A stretch of DNA of 64,000 bases from Candidatus Pacearchaeota archaeon (GCA_018221305.1 JAAOYK010000056.1:26863-90862), one strand, 5' to 3'; positions 1-8,894 are shown, counted from the first letter of the stretch. Numbers and translations are program-made. Notes: generated by a model from the sequence alone, not told the origin.

Positions 1-363
1 AGAATAATGTGAAAATTTTACATCATCTTGAAAATAATCAAAACTATGTTCTGTAAAAAATCTTACATGTGTTGGGTCTCGATATGCTGCTTCATATTTG
101 TAGTATGGGGCACTAACAAAGATTTTTGCTCCAGGTTTGCAGATTCTGTGAATTTCTTCAAGTAATGGTATCAGGTTTGTAATGTGTTCTAATATGTGTT
201 CGCAAATCACTTCAGACACAGAATCTGTTTTTAATGGGATTGGGGTTTTTTCTAAATCCCAAAGAAGGTCGGCTTGTATTAATGGGGCTTTGTCTATATT
301 TATATGGTGTGGGTATCTTTTTTCTCCACAACCCAGATTTAGTTTTAAATCTTGACTTTGCAT
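1..363 (-). CDS. class I SAM-dependent methyltransferase, C-terminally truncated by the window edge
   Basis: My translation of the reverse strand from the ATG at 363-361 gives MQSQDLKLNLGCGEKRYPHH...KIFVSAPYY. LNLGCG is the glycine-rich SAM-binding motif I. The ORF runs off the window start. Confidence 0.6.
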   Translation of the reverse strand, partial: MQSQDLKLNLGCGEKRYPHHINIDKAPLIQADLLWDLEKTPIPLKTDSVSEVICEHILEHITNLIPLLEEIHRICKPGAKIFVSAPYYKYEAAYRDPTHVRFFTEHSFDYFQDDVKFSHYS

Positions 364-550
364 GATATGCTAAATTCGGACTAGAATAAAGATATTGCCA
401 ATATTTTCCTTATGGGAGATATATTTGAATAGTGTGCATATTGTTTTTGAAAAACGAAACAATTTTTGTGATAATAAATTTTAAAAAATTAGAATTAAAA
501 ATAAAATTAAGAAAAAGAAAAGGGGTTTTGGATTAAAATGCTTCAATTTT

Positions 551-808
551 TTAGTCTTCTGTAAACATTGTGAAGCATTTCTCGTTGCAATATGGAGAAC
601 CGCCTGGACTTAAATAAAATCCATTATGTTGCTGCCCTTTGTACTTTCTTTTGGGATCTGAGCCTAACATTTGTCCATTACGATTCAAACCCATTTTTTG
701 TGCAGCTGTTTTGCTTATCTGTAGTCCAGCATCACAATATCCACATTGGGGTCTACTGTCCCCTATGCCTGTTTGTTTTTTGGCTTCTTGTTCTAAAGTC
801 GTTTTCAT
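551..808 (-). CDS. small hypothetical Cys-containing protein, possibly a zinc-binding TRASH/YHS-like C-terminus
   Basis: 85-aa ORF with CGYC...C...C spacing. No confident family assignment. Confidence 0.3.
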   Translation of the reverse strand: MKTTLEQEAKKQTGIGDSRPQCGYCDAGLQISKTAAQKMGLNRNGQMLGSDPKRKYKGQQHNGFYLSPGGSPYCNEKCFTMFTED

Positions 809-971
809 GAAAGTAGTAGTGCTGCCGCTTATTTATCCTTTACCCCTTGTGAATATATTTTACACTATGTTCACTAGTGTGTATATTGGGAAAGCTTTAA
901 ATATATTGTTTGTTTAATTATCTAATCAATATCTAACATGATTTGAATTTGTTTATACAAAATCTGGAATA

Positions 972-1964
972 ATGAAACGAAAAATTATTAAGCAAGGGCA
1001 TAATACTCTTACCATCACCTTACCTTCTGTTTGGACAAAGCGCTTTAACTTAGAGGCTGGTAAAGAGGTTGATTTGGTTGAACGTGATAATGGACTTTTT
1101 GTGACAACTGAAAAAGCTGATGAAGGTAGAAAAGCTGAATTTAACATAGAAAATATGGATATTGCTACGATTTGGAGATATTTTATGGCTGCGTATCGTG
1201 AAGGGTGTGATGAAATAACTATACATTTTAGGCCAAGTATGACTCTTGATAATCCTTACAAATTTTTTGCAGAACATAAGCTTGATTTAAAATATGGAAA
1301 AGAAAGAGAAAAAGAATCTCCTTTAGAATTTTTTCATTCCTTAGTTAATAGGTTTATTGGGTTTGAAATTGTTGATTATGGGCGGGATTATGTTGTTGTT
1401 AAAGAAATGTCTATTTCTACCTCGCGTGAATTTGATAATTCTTTAAGAAGAGTTTTTTTGCTTGCAGAACAAATGTTTGAAGAAACTTGTGAAGCATTAA
1501 AAATAAATGACCCCAAAATTTTGCAGCATTTGCATGACGTTGATATTAATTTGGACAAATTTCATGATTATTGTGTAAGAATTCTTAACAAAATTGGTAA
1601 TAAAGAGTCAAGAAAAATGTCTTTATTGTTTAGTACGCTTTGCTTTTTAGAGCTTATTGGTGATGAATTTAAGAACATTTCGCACCATTTATTGTATGAT
1701 TTCCCAAAAGCTGATTTTAAAAATATTGTGGAAATAGCTGATTCTATACATGAACAATTTATTCTTTATTATTCTTTATTTTATAAGTTTGACACTCAAA
1801 AGGTTCTTGAAATATCAAAAATTGATTCTGGACGATATTTTAATGTAAAAAAGGTCTATAAGAAGGCAAAAACTTCTGAAGAAAGAGAAATTTTTCATCA
1901 TTTGCGTGTTGTTGCAAAATATCTTAATGCTTTGGCAGAATTGCGTATTGAGATGGAATTTTAG
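972..1964 (+). CDS. AbrB/SpoVT-type N-terminal domain fused to a PhoU-like domain; archaeal phosphate-uptake-regulator-like transcription regulator
   Basis: N-terminus KQGHNTLTITLPSVWTKRFNL resembles the AbrB/MazE swapped-hairpin fold. The remaining ~250 aa are helical with a repeated PhoU-like pattern. TATA-like tttataca sits ~20 nt upstream. Confidence 0.45.
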   Translation: MKRKIIKQGHNTLTITLPSVWTKRFNLEAGKEVDLVERDNGLFVTTEKADEGRKAEFNIENMDIATIWRYFMAAYREGCDEITIHFRPSMTLDNPYKFFAEHKLDLKYGKEREKESPLEFFHSLVNRFIGFEIVDYGRDYVVVKEMSISTSREFDNSLRRVFLLAEQMFEETCEALKINDPKILQHLHDVDINLDKFHDYCVRILNKIGNKESRKMSLLFSTLCFLELIGDEFKNISHHLLYDFPKADFKNIVEIADSIHEQFILYYSLFYKFDTQKVLEISKIDSGRYFNVKKVYKKAKTSEEREIFHHLRVVAKYLNALAELRIEMEF

Positions 1965-2004
1965 TCATAGAAAATTTTAAAAGAAGCTTTTTCTAGATAT
2001 TTTT

Positions 2005-2916
2005 ATGATAGATTCTGAACTCAATAAGAAACTTATTAATTTAGATGCTGCAGTGATAAATGCTTTAAATTTGTTTATTGAACAAAAAGTGCCAGATCTT
2101 GACTTTAGTAGTTTTAAGCGGCCAATTGTTCTTGGAAGTGGAAATGCTGCTGTTACTGGGAGAATTTTAATGAATCATCATGATGCTGTTTTTGCTGATG
2201 AGTCTACTTATGAGGAAAAAATACGCAATTTTCAAGGTATTGATGGAGCAATACTTATTTCTGCTAGTGGTGAGAAACATTCACCGATCTTAGCTAGGAG
2301 ATTAAATGAACTGGGTTTACCTATAAAGTTTTTGACCACAAACCCAAATTCTTCTACAAACGGGTTTATTAAACCTGAGAACATGTTTGTATTTCCAAAA
2401 AATCCTGAAGCTTATACTTATAATACTTCTACATATATGGGCATGATGCTTGGTAAAACTAACGAAAATCCTAAACAAATCTTGGATTTTATTAGGGAGC
2501 AAATTGATCCCATAATCCCAGATGACTTGTCAAATTTTGATTCAATTTATATAATTGTTCCAGAAAAATTTGACCCTATTCGGGAAATGTTTTTAACTAA
2601 ATTTGATGAACTTTTTGGTTCAAAAATTTCTGGTAGGGTTTTTACAATGGAGCAGACAAGGCATGGAAAAACAGTTGTACCTAACGATGGTGAATTGTTT
2701 GTTGGGCTTGGTGTCGATAATTCTATTTTTGGGCAACATAAATTTAATATTCCCTTGCCGCCTGATGCAGGTTTTGCAACCATGATGGCTATTGGATATT
2801 ATTTTATTGGTCAGATTCAAAAACAAAACCCTCCTTATTTTAAGGAAAATATTGGTAGTTATGCTGAATTTGCAAGCAAATCTTTTGGTTCTAATATCAG
2901 TCCTGTTGTTGAATAA
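2005..2916 (+). CDS. hypothetical protein
   Basis: 303-aa ORF with balanced composition and no recognisable motif. A possible Rossmann/SIS-like stretch VLGSGNAAVTG is not diagnostic. Confidence 0.4.
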   Translation: MIDSELNKKLINLDAAVINALNLFIEQKVPDLDFSSFKRPIVLGSGNAAVTGRILMNHHDAVFADESTYEEKIRNFQGIDGAILISASGEKHSPILARRLNELGLPIKFLTTNPNSSTNGFIKPENMFVFPKNPEAYTYNTSTYMGMMLGKTNENPKQILDFIREQIDPIIPDDLSNFDSIYIIVPEKFDPIREMFLTKFDELFGSKISGRVFTMEQTRHGKTVVPNDGELFVGLGVDNSIFGQHKFNIPLPPDAGFATMMAIGYYFIGQIQKQNPPYFKENIGSYAEFASKSFGSNISPVVE

Positions 2917-2956
2917 AAGCAAATATTTAAAAGAGATTTTAATTCTATATAATTGG

Positions 2957-2974
2957 TTAGCCCCTTAGTACAGT
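2957..2974 (+). repeat. 18-nt direct repeat of the 5' end of tRNA-Gln (tagccccttagtacagtg), a partial tRNA copy
   Basis: Exact 18-mer shared with 4092-4109, the start of the tRNA-Gln gene. The sequence is GC-rich in an AT-rich background. Confidence 0.6.
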
Positions 2975-2995
2975 GTTTAACGTTTTGTGAACTCT

Positions 2996-3508
2996 TTATA
3001 CTCTGATAAAAGTAATTAATGCTAATATAAATAGGCTTATTGAGAATAGGGTTGCAAGAGATTGAATGATAATTGTTATTATTTTAAGTGTAAATAAACT
3101 CTTTCTCCATTTCTTATTTTTTATATCCCACTGGATGGTAAATTTAAATAAACTAATCCCTAAAACCAGGGAGAAAATAAAAGAAATATTATAAGTTATG
3201 AATGCCCTTTTAGTATTATCTACAAATATATTTAGATCAATAACTTTTTGAGAACACTCCTCTGTTGCTTGAATAATTTTGTTATCACATTGTTGATTAA
3301 GATCTGTTGTTAATTGTGTTTGGTTTTGGAGTTGAGGCAAACAAGCATTAAGTTCATTTGTTAATCTGCTTATTTCCGCCTTTTCATTTTGGCAGAACAT
3401 GCTTTGTAATGCCCCTATCATTGCAGCACCGATTACTAGTATTGCAAATATTGTGATTATTCCCCAAACTATTTGCATTGGATCATCAAATTGGCCTTTT
3501 TTATTCAT
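2996..3508 (-). CDS. hypothetical membrane protein, TM-coiled-coil-TM
   Basis: 170 aa with hydrophobic N- and C-terminal segments and a Q/N-rich coiled-coil-like middle (LNQQCDNKIIQATEECSQ). Confidence 0.35.
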   Translation of the reverse strand: MNKKGQFDDPMQIVWGIITIFAILVIGAAMIGALQSMFCQNEKAEISRLTNELNACLPQLQNQTQLTTDLNQQCDNKIIQATEECSQKVIDLNIFVDNTKRAFITYNISFIFSLVLGISLFKFTIQWDIKNKKWRKSLFTLKIITIIIQSLATLFSISLFILALITFIRV

Positions 3509-3589
3509 AAAATAAACAAACGCACTATTTTTATAAAGTTAATGTATTTAATATGTATAACCTAAAATGAAAAAAGAAACCCTCTAAAT

Positions 3590-4018
3590 ATGAACAATAA
3601 AGAAAAAATAAGGCTATTAGAAAAATATATTGAGAATTATCAAAATTTTAAATTACCTTTGGGTTTGGATAAAGAATTAAGTATATATTCAAATAGATTT
3701 GGGATAAAAAGTATTGAAGGAGCACTAAGTTATCTTGGTGAATTAAAAAGAGAAGAAAGAGATAAGGTAATAATTAATATTCAAAGAAAACAAACTGAAT
3801 TTAATCGCATATTGGCATTAGCAACTACTGTTTTAGCGTTAGGAGTTTTTATTGAATGGATTATCAAGTTGTTTGAAAATCCGGGCATGTTAATCGGAAG
3901 GAGTTCATTTACTGAATTTGTTTTGATAGGTCTTCCAATGGTAGTTATTGTTTTAATAACAATAGAATTGGTTCGAATCTATTATCTAAACGCAAATTGG
4001 AGGCGTGAGGTAAAATGA
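3590..4018 (+). CDS. hypothetical membrane protein
   Basis: 142 aa with a charged N-terminal half and two C-terminal TM helices. Uses a TGA stop. Confidence 0.35.
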   Translation: MNNKEKIRLLEKYIENYQNFKLPLGLDKELSIYSNRFGIKSIEGALSYLGELKREERDKVIINIQRKQTEFNRILALATTVLALGVFIEWIIKLFENPGMLIGRSSFTEFVLIGLPMVVIVLITIELVRIYYLNANWRREVK

Positions 4019-4053
4019 AGAAATACTTTAAAATTATCTTAGTAATTCTAAAT

Positions 4054-4063
4054 AATAACTTTT
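4054..4063 (+). promoter_or_regulatory. TATA-box-like element (ttttaaaaa) about 30-38 nt upstream of tRNA-Gln
   Basis: The same ttttaaaa/tttttataaa box is seen at a similar distance upstream of every tRNA gene in the window. Confidence 0.3.
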
Positions 4064-4092
4064 AAAAACGTTACAGTGTTCACAAATTTACT

Positions 4093-4165
4093 AGCCCCTT
4101 AGTACAGTGGTCAAGTATCATCGGTTCTGGGCCGATGGACCCAGGTTCGAATCCTGGAGGGGCTA
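4093..4165 (+). tRNA. tRNA-Gln (anticodon CTG)
   Basis: Hand-folded cloverleaf: acceptor AGCCCCT/AGGGGCT, D-arm GTAC..GTAT, anticodon stem ATCGG/CCGAT with loop TTCTGGG, T-arm CAGGTTCGAATCCTG. No encoded CCA. Confidence 0.8.
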
Positions 4166-4171
4166 TCTGGT

Positions 4172-4244
4172 GCCCCGATAGTGCAGCGGCCAAGCATCCA
4201 GCCTTCTCAAGGCTGTGACCCGGGTTCGAATCCCGGTCGGGGCA
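4172..4244 (+). tRNA. tRNA-Glu (anticodon CTC)
   Basis: Acceptor GCCCCGA/TCGGGGC, anticodon stem CAGCC/GGCTG with loop TTCTCAA, T-arm CCGGGTTCGAATCCCGG. Only 6 nt after tRNA-Gln, so probably co-transcribed. Confidence 0.8.
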
Positions 4245-4364
4245 CTTTTTATCAAAGATAAAATATAGTAATAATAACAAGCCCATATGTAGAGGCTAAG
4301 AACTATTTCTTAGAGTATAGTACAAAACCTATTTATTTAAAAGATAAAAACAATTTCATCTGAA

Positions 4365-4841
4365 ATGATTGGCTACCCAATATATTTTAAAACAAATCCC
4401 CGAGCTTGGTGGATGTTTCGAAGCAATGATTGTATCCAGAGACCCTCGCGTTCTTCAGAGATATGGATTCCCTGGGATCGCAAGTTTCCGAAACACATAC
4501 AATTATATCCGATGGTAAAAGAAGATGCTATTTACTTTTTAGATAATCATTTCTCAAACATTAATTTTAATTGTTCTTCTTCAAGCATGATTATTGACTC
4601 CATAAAACCAGTTAAGTTCAAGATGAGGGTAGAAAAAAATCTTTCTTTAGAAGAAAAGTGTCGAACTGTGATGCATGAAACAATACACGGATTTTATAGG
4701 GTTCATGGTTCTTTATACGCAGAAGATGAAGATGAAAAAGCAATAGAGACAGAGGCTATTAGATTTTGTAATGCTGAAAGTGTATTTATCCAAGATTATG
4801 TAAACAATCTATTACAAAAAGCTAATTCTTCTCAAGATTAG
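4365..4841 (+). CDS. hypothetical protein with an HExxH zinc-metallopeptidase motif (ImmA/IrrE- or SprT-like)
   Basis: VMHETIHGFY contains HETIH (HExxH), with a downstream E/D-rich region. Sits just after the tRNA pair. Confidence 0.35.
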   Translation: MIGYPIYFKTNPRAWWMFRSNDCIQRPSRSSEIWIPWDRKFPKHIQLYPMVKEDAIYFLDNHFSNINFNCSSSSMIIDSIKPVKFKMRVEKNLSLEEKCRTVMHETIHGFYRVHGSLYAEDEDEKAIETEAIRFCNAESVFIQDYVNNLLQKANSSQD

Positions 4842-4966
4842 AACCAAAATCCATCACTCCCATCTCGACAATCTTTATAAATCAAAGCAGTCACAACACC
4901 CTAGCAAAATGTAGGTATTTTGTCATTACAAAAAATACCCCTGATTATCACATTTTACTGCAGTCT

Positions 4967-4979
4967 TCGGCAGGGGCAT
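4967..4979 (+). repeat. 13-nt GC-rich core tcggcaggggcat, identical to the putative attR at 59396-59408 and to the 3' end of tRNA-Glu(TTC)
   Basis: Exact 13-mer shared with 59396-59408. The flanks also match as aGTCtTCGGCAGGGGCATcTTA versus gGTCaTCGGCAGGGGCATtTTA. 12 of 13 match the tRNA-Glu(TTC) 3' end. Confidence 0.55.
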
Positions 4980-5033
4980 CTTACGGTTTTGACCATTTGA
5001 TGAGTGTTTTTAGAATAATATGGTCTTATCTTT

Positions 5034-5309
5034 TTACTTTTCAATTTTTATAGCTTTTCCATGCACTATTGCATCGGCTATTTTCTTTCTTCCAGATTTT
5101 AAAACTCTTGATAAAGTAGATTGTGACACTTGCATTTCTTTTCCTGCTTCTTCTTGAGGAACTTCATTTAAATCAACCAACCGAATCGCTTCAAATTCAG
5201 GCATGGTTAAAACAGACTCTTTTAGTTCAGTCATTCTTATTCCAGAAGGTTTAAAATAAGAAGAATTAGGTCGACCTCTAATTCTTCTTCGTTTACATGG
5301 TCTTGACAT
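5034..5309 (-). CDS. DUF134/UPF0251-family predicted DNA-binding protein
   Basis: The N-terminal basic tail (RPCKRRRIRGRP), MPEFEAIRLVDL and a sigma-70 region-4-like HTH (QEEAGKEMQVSQSTLSRVL..ADAIVHGKAI) match the archaeal UPF0251 pattern. Confidence 0.55.
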   Translation of the reverse strand: MSRPCKRRRIRGRPNSSYFKPSGIRMTELKESVLTMPEFEAIRLVDLNEVPQEEAGKEMQVSQSTLSRVLKSGRKKIADAIVHGKAIKIEK

Positions 5310-5520
5310 TTTTAATTGTCCAGTTGGTTTTGGAATCTATTGCCTCTGCCTCTACCAAGGCCTTTTCCGCAAGCGCCTCGCCCTTGTCCTCTTCCAGCAA
5401 TTGGTTTTGCTCCTTTGCAATCTCCCATTTGCCTTCCAGTTTTTGATCCTTTTCCTTCAGGGCCTGTTCCGTCTCTATTTGGCATTTTCTTTTTCCTCCA
5501 TTAAATTTAGTTACCTTCAA
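5293..5520 (-). CDS. small charged coiled-coil protein overlapping the start of the DUF134 gene
   Basis: 75 aa, E/K-rich. The region has locally higher GC and a 17-nt overlap with the downstream gene, suggesting an operon. A Pro-rich ORF on the opposite strand is probably spurious. Confidence 0.3.
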   Translation of the reverse strand: MKVTKFNGGKRKCQIETEQALKEKDQKLEGKWEIAKEQNQLLEEDKGEALAEKALVEAEAIDSKTNWTIKNVKTM

Positions 5521-5650
5521 AAACTTTTATGGTTTTTGGAGGTCTGAAAATCTATTGATTTTCATTATGAATATATATGCATAATACTATTTAAATGTTT
5601 CGTTTTGAATATATATTCATAATTATTTAGAAATATACTTATTCTCAAAT

Positions 5651-6064
5651 TTAAATCTTCAAAACAATCAACTTTGTGTTACCAAGATTTGTTCTTTTAA
5701 TAACTTCTCTTTGTTCTAATTCCATTAAAACCCTGGAAATTTTTACTTTATTTATTCCAGTTAGGGCAACAATCCTATTTTGTTCTAATGCATTATTATT
5801 TTTAATTAATACTTTTACAATTTTTCTTTGAATTTCTGGAAGAATTTTTAATACTTTTTCTAACTGCACCTTGTTTATCTTCCATTGAAATAACATTACA
5901 ACAAAACCTCCAATAATGATTGAAACAAAAGAGATAGCATACATTATCAGCGGGAGGGACTGATCAACTTCTTCTGTATAAATCCCATTAACAACTGCAA
6001 ACATTACTCCAAGTAAGAAAATTGCTACAAATCCTATGACCAACTTTTCTGATGATACTTCCAT
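5651..6064 (-). CDS. membrane-anchored winged-helix (MarR/TrmB-like) transcription regulator
   Basis: Two N-terminal TM helices, then ALEQNRIVALTGINKVKISRVLMELEQREVIKRT, typical of a wHTH. Confidence 0.45.
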   Translation of the reverse strand: MEVSSEKLVIGFVAIFLLGVMFAVVNGIYTEEVDQSLPLIMYAISFVSIIIGGFVVMLFQWKINKVQLEKVLKILPEIQRKIVKVLIKNNNALEQNRIVALTGINKVKISRVLMELEQREVIKRTNLGNTKLIVLKI

Positions 6065-6065
6065 T

Positions 6066-6302
6066 TTATTGGATTTCCTTTTTTAATTTCAAGAATTCTT
6101 TGTCAGTTATTTCTCCTTTTGCATATCTTTTCTTTACAATATCCATTGCAGTTTCTTTTGTCTTATTTCCTTTTAAAACCCAATACACAATTAAAATAAA
6201 AGCTATAAGTATTAGTAATTGGAATAACCATCCATAACCGTGTATTCCAAATATTCTTCCTATTCCCAGAGGTTTTCCTATTAATCTCTCACAGAGTGTC
6301 AT
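6066..6302 (-). CDS. SHOCT-domain membrane protein
   Basis: C-terminal KKRYAKGEITDKEFLKLKKEI matches the SHOCT short C-terminal domain. One TM helix precedes it. Confidence 0.5.
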   Translation of the reverse strand: MTLCERLIGKPLGIGRIFGIHGYGWLFQLLILIAFILIVYWVLKGNKTKETAMDIVKKRYAKGEITDKEFLKLKKEIQ

Positions 6303-6393
6303 TTTTATCCTCCATTATATTTAATTTATTTAGTTTATAAAATGAACTAAGATAAAAAAATAAAAATAAATCTTCTTAGTCATTTATATTAGC

Positions 6394-6837
6394 TTAGTTA
6401 CCATATGGGCAAATTCCATTATTTCCTTGACCTCTTGAACCAGTTCCTTTTCTTGATCCCTTATTCATTTGGTTTCCCATTTTATGACCTGTTCCATCCC
6501 TTGAACCTTGTCCATTTCCAAGTCCAAGCTCAGCTCTAAGTTCTGCAGCTAATTCGAAATCACCGGATTCTGCTGCTTCGTGAGCTTCTACAAATGTTGC
6601 AAAATTGTCTACAGTTATTACATCAACAACTCTTGGATGTCTACCATTTTCAGTCATTAAAGCAACCCAAGCATCATAGTCTAGATTTTCAAATGCTGTT
6701 TCCATTGCTTCATGCCTATCCTCAGAATAATTAGGTCCTTTTACAGAATAATCTCCTTGATAAGCAAAGACCAAACTAACGCCTAAAAGAGCGATAACTC
6801 CTAAAGCTAAAATTCCTAGTGTTTGTTTGTTTTTCAT
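6394..6837 (-). CDS. secreted/anchored hypothetical protein with a Gly-rich C-terminus
   Basis: The ORF track starts at 6888, but the likely start is MKNKQTLGILALGVIALLGV, a signal/TM segment. The C-terminus is rich in G/S/N/K. Confidence 0.4.
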   Translation of the reverse strand: MKNKQTLGILALGVIALLGVSLVFAYQGDYSVKGPNYSEDRHEAMETAFENLDYDAWVALMTENGRHPRVVDVITVDNFATFVEAHEAAESGDFELAAELRAELGLGNGQGSRDGTGHKMGNQMNKGSRKGTGSRGQGNNGICPYGN

Positions 6838-7166
6838 TTTTTTCTTGTACCTCCTTACAACTACACAGTTTCTGTGTTTTTCATACATTTCATAAGGTGA
6901 AACAAGGTATGTACTTTACTGAAACGAGTTAAGAAAAACATGAAACAAGTTAAAGAAAAAGAGAAATAAGATAAAAAAATAAATTATTTTGCATCCGGAT
7001 TGCATTTTTTATACCAATTACAATCCCAACATTTTAACCCGCTTTTAGATTTTGGACAATTAGGTCTTTTATTTAACGATCCAGCAATAAACCAACATTC
7101 TCTCCCAGAATTATATTTATATGCAGGACATTTCTCACGGACTTCTTTTGGACACTTTTCAAATTC

Positions 7167-7547
7167 TCAACAATTTTCTGATTCTCTAATATTATCTATT
7201 AATTTTTCTATTTCTAAATAGTGTTTTTTAATTATTTTTTTATCCCTAAAATCCTTTGAATAGTCTTTTAATGCAGAAATAACTTTTTTTAAATCATTTT
7301 TTGTTGGATCATCAAAATTTCCATCAACACCACTGAACACTTTTTTAATTAAAGCAATAACTTCAATTTTTTTAGTTGATTCTTTTTCTTCCTTTGAGAG
7401 ATTATCCATCCCCTCACGTTCATTGTCCAGGGCATTATTATGCGCTTTACTAAAACACCTAATAATCGCATCCCTTACATCTAATCCGCAAATAGTCTTA
7501 GAAATGTCTACCCCATAAATTTTATTACATTTTTTGTTGTCGTTCAT
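7167..7547 (-). CDS. hypothetical protein ending at a TGA that is followed in-frame by a Cys-rich 60-codon extension (6984-7166)
   Basis: ORF ends ...IRESENC then TGA. The same frame continues EFEKCPKEVREKCPAYKYNSGRECWFIAGSLNKRPNCPKSKSGLKCWDCNWYKKCNPDAK to a TAA. Confidence 0.4.
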   Translation of the reverse strand: MNDNKKCNKIYGVDISKTICGLDVRDAIIRCFSKAHNNALDNEREGMDNLSKEEKESTKKIEVIALIKKVFSGVDGNFDDPTKNDLKKVISALKDYSKDFRDKKIIKKHYLEIEKLIDNIRESENC

Positions 7548-7883
7548 GGTGTTATCTTAGATAAGTTCCCTTATATATTTTTACTTATAATACGTTATCC
7601 TAATTCTGTCTCATATTTATAAAAAAATAAAAAATCTATTCAATAGGCTCCCTAGCTAAGAAAGCCCACCCCTGTTTCTTTGTTTTAATCACTTCTCCTC
7701 AATCAACTTCCCTAATATAATCATCCATTTAGGCTCTTTTTCTAGCAAAAAGTATAAGATAAAAAAATTGTGTCCCCTGCGCATGCTATTGGAGCACGGT
7801 CGGCGGCAGGGTCTAATATCCTTATTCTGGAGTAGTAACATTATGGGAAGGTTTATAAGGGTGAAAATATGACCTAAAGTACA

Positions 7884-8177
7884 ATGTTATACAATAATCT
7901 AAGGGCTAACCTGTATGGGGTCATGGAATTAGTAGAACAGGGTGATACTGTTATGATTGATGTTAATGACGTAGGTGTTTCACCAATGGGTGTTGTAACT
8001 GAAAAAACACCGGATTATATCCAAACTGCTGTTAATGCAAATCCAAATACACGCAGGGTTGCATGGAAGGATTCTCCTGAAGAATGTGACTTTTCCACAA
8101 CTTCTTGTGGAAGAATTAAAGATATAACTATATTAACTCGAAGTCCTGAGAACATTTTACGAAAAAAGGCTCAATAA
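7884..8177 (+). CDS. hypothetical protein
   Basis: 97-aa ORF downstream of a GC-rich intergenic patch. No motif recognised. Confidence 0.3.
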   Translation: MLYNNLRANLYGVMELVEQGDTVMIDVNDVGVSPMGVVTEKTPDYIQTAVNANPNTRRVAWKDSPEECDFSTTSCGRIKDITILTRSPENILRKKAQ

Positions 8178-8297
8178 ATTGATAAATGGGTTTATCATAT
8201 ATTTTAGAATTATAAAATTTGCTAATAATCCTGATGATGTTTAATTATTATACTCTTTTATAAGTAACTTTAAATTCTCTGGTATTTTCTTCTTTTA

Positions 8298-8753
8298 ATG
8301 GTATTAAAGCAGGTTATTGGTGGTGTTGTGTTATTATTTATTATTATTTTATTTATTAATTTTCTGGCGACTCCTAATAAGCCTGAATTTTTAAAAAATG
8401 GGTTTGGAAAAATTGTTGAATTTGTTAAAAGCCCCCCTATTACTGGAAGTGCTGTAGCTGATGTGCAAGAAGAACCGATCCGATTTTTAAGCTTAAGAGG
8501 GCTTGATAACAATCCTTCAAAATATTTAGGTGATATGGTTGAGATACGATTTGTTATGGGTGGGGAGTTTTATTTGGATGGTATTTATCATATTTATGAT
8601 TCTAGTGGTAATTCTTTTAAAGTAAAAAAGAATAATTTTGAGTTTTCTGAAGGTGAAGAATATCTAGCCTTAGGTGTAGTTAAAAAGGAGACACGTTTGT
8701 ATCTTTATAATAAGGTTACTGTTTATTATGTGAGTGTTTCAAAAGTGTTTTAA
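8298..8753 (+). CDS. hypothetical membrane-anchored protein
   Basis: N-terminal TM helix (VVLLFIIILFINFL) followed by a soluble domain. Confidence 0.35.
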   Translation: MVLKQVIGGVVLLFIIILFINFLATPNKPEFLKNGFGKIVEFVKSPPITGSAVADVQEEPIRFLSLRGLDNNPSKYLGDMVEIRFVMGGEFYLDGIYHIYDSSGNSFKVKKNNFEFSEGEEYLALGVVKKETRLYLYNKVTVYYVSVSKVF

Positions 8754-8894
8754 AAGTGTTTTAAAGTCTATTTTTATAAGACTTCTTGTTGTGTATAAAA
8801 TAATACTACAGAATAATAAACTTTAAAAGGGCGTTCTCGCTCTATAATTAGAATTATTTTAAGAGGTGGATACTAGAGATGATAGGAATCATGA

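Noticed and set aside
1050-1277. 75-aa minus-strand ORF
   Set aside because: It is antisense inside the AbrB/PhoU-like gene.
4080-4286. 68-aa minus-strand ORF
   Set aside because: It lies entirely across the tRNA-Gln and tRNA-Glu genes, so the reading frame is an artefact of GC-rich tRNA sequence.
5316-5504. Pro-rich 62-aa plus-strand ORF
   Set aside because: It is antisense to a better-supported coiled-coil ORF that overlaps the DUF134 gene. PxP repetition is a by-product of the GC-rich complement.
7000-7221. 73-aa plus-strand ORF
   Set aside because: It is antisense to the Cys-rich in-frame extension and 3' end of the 7167..7547 gene and has no features.
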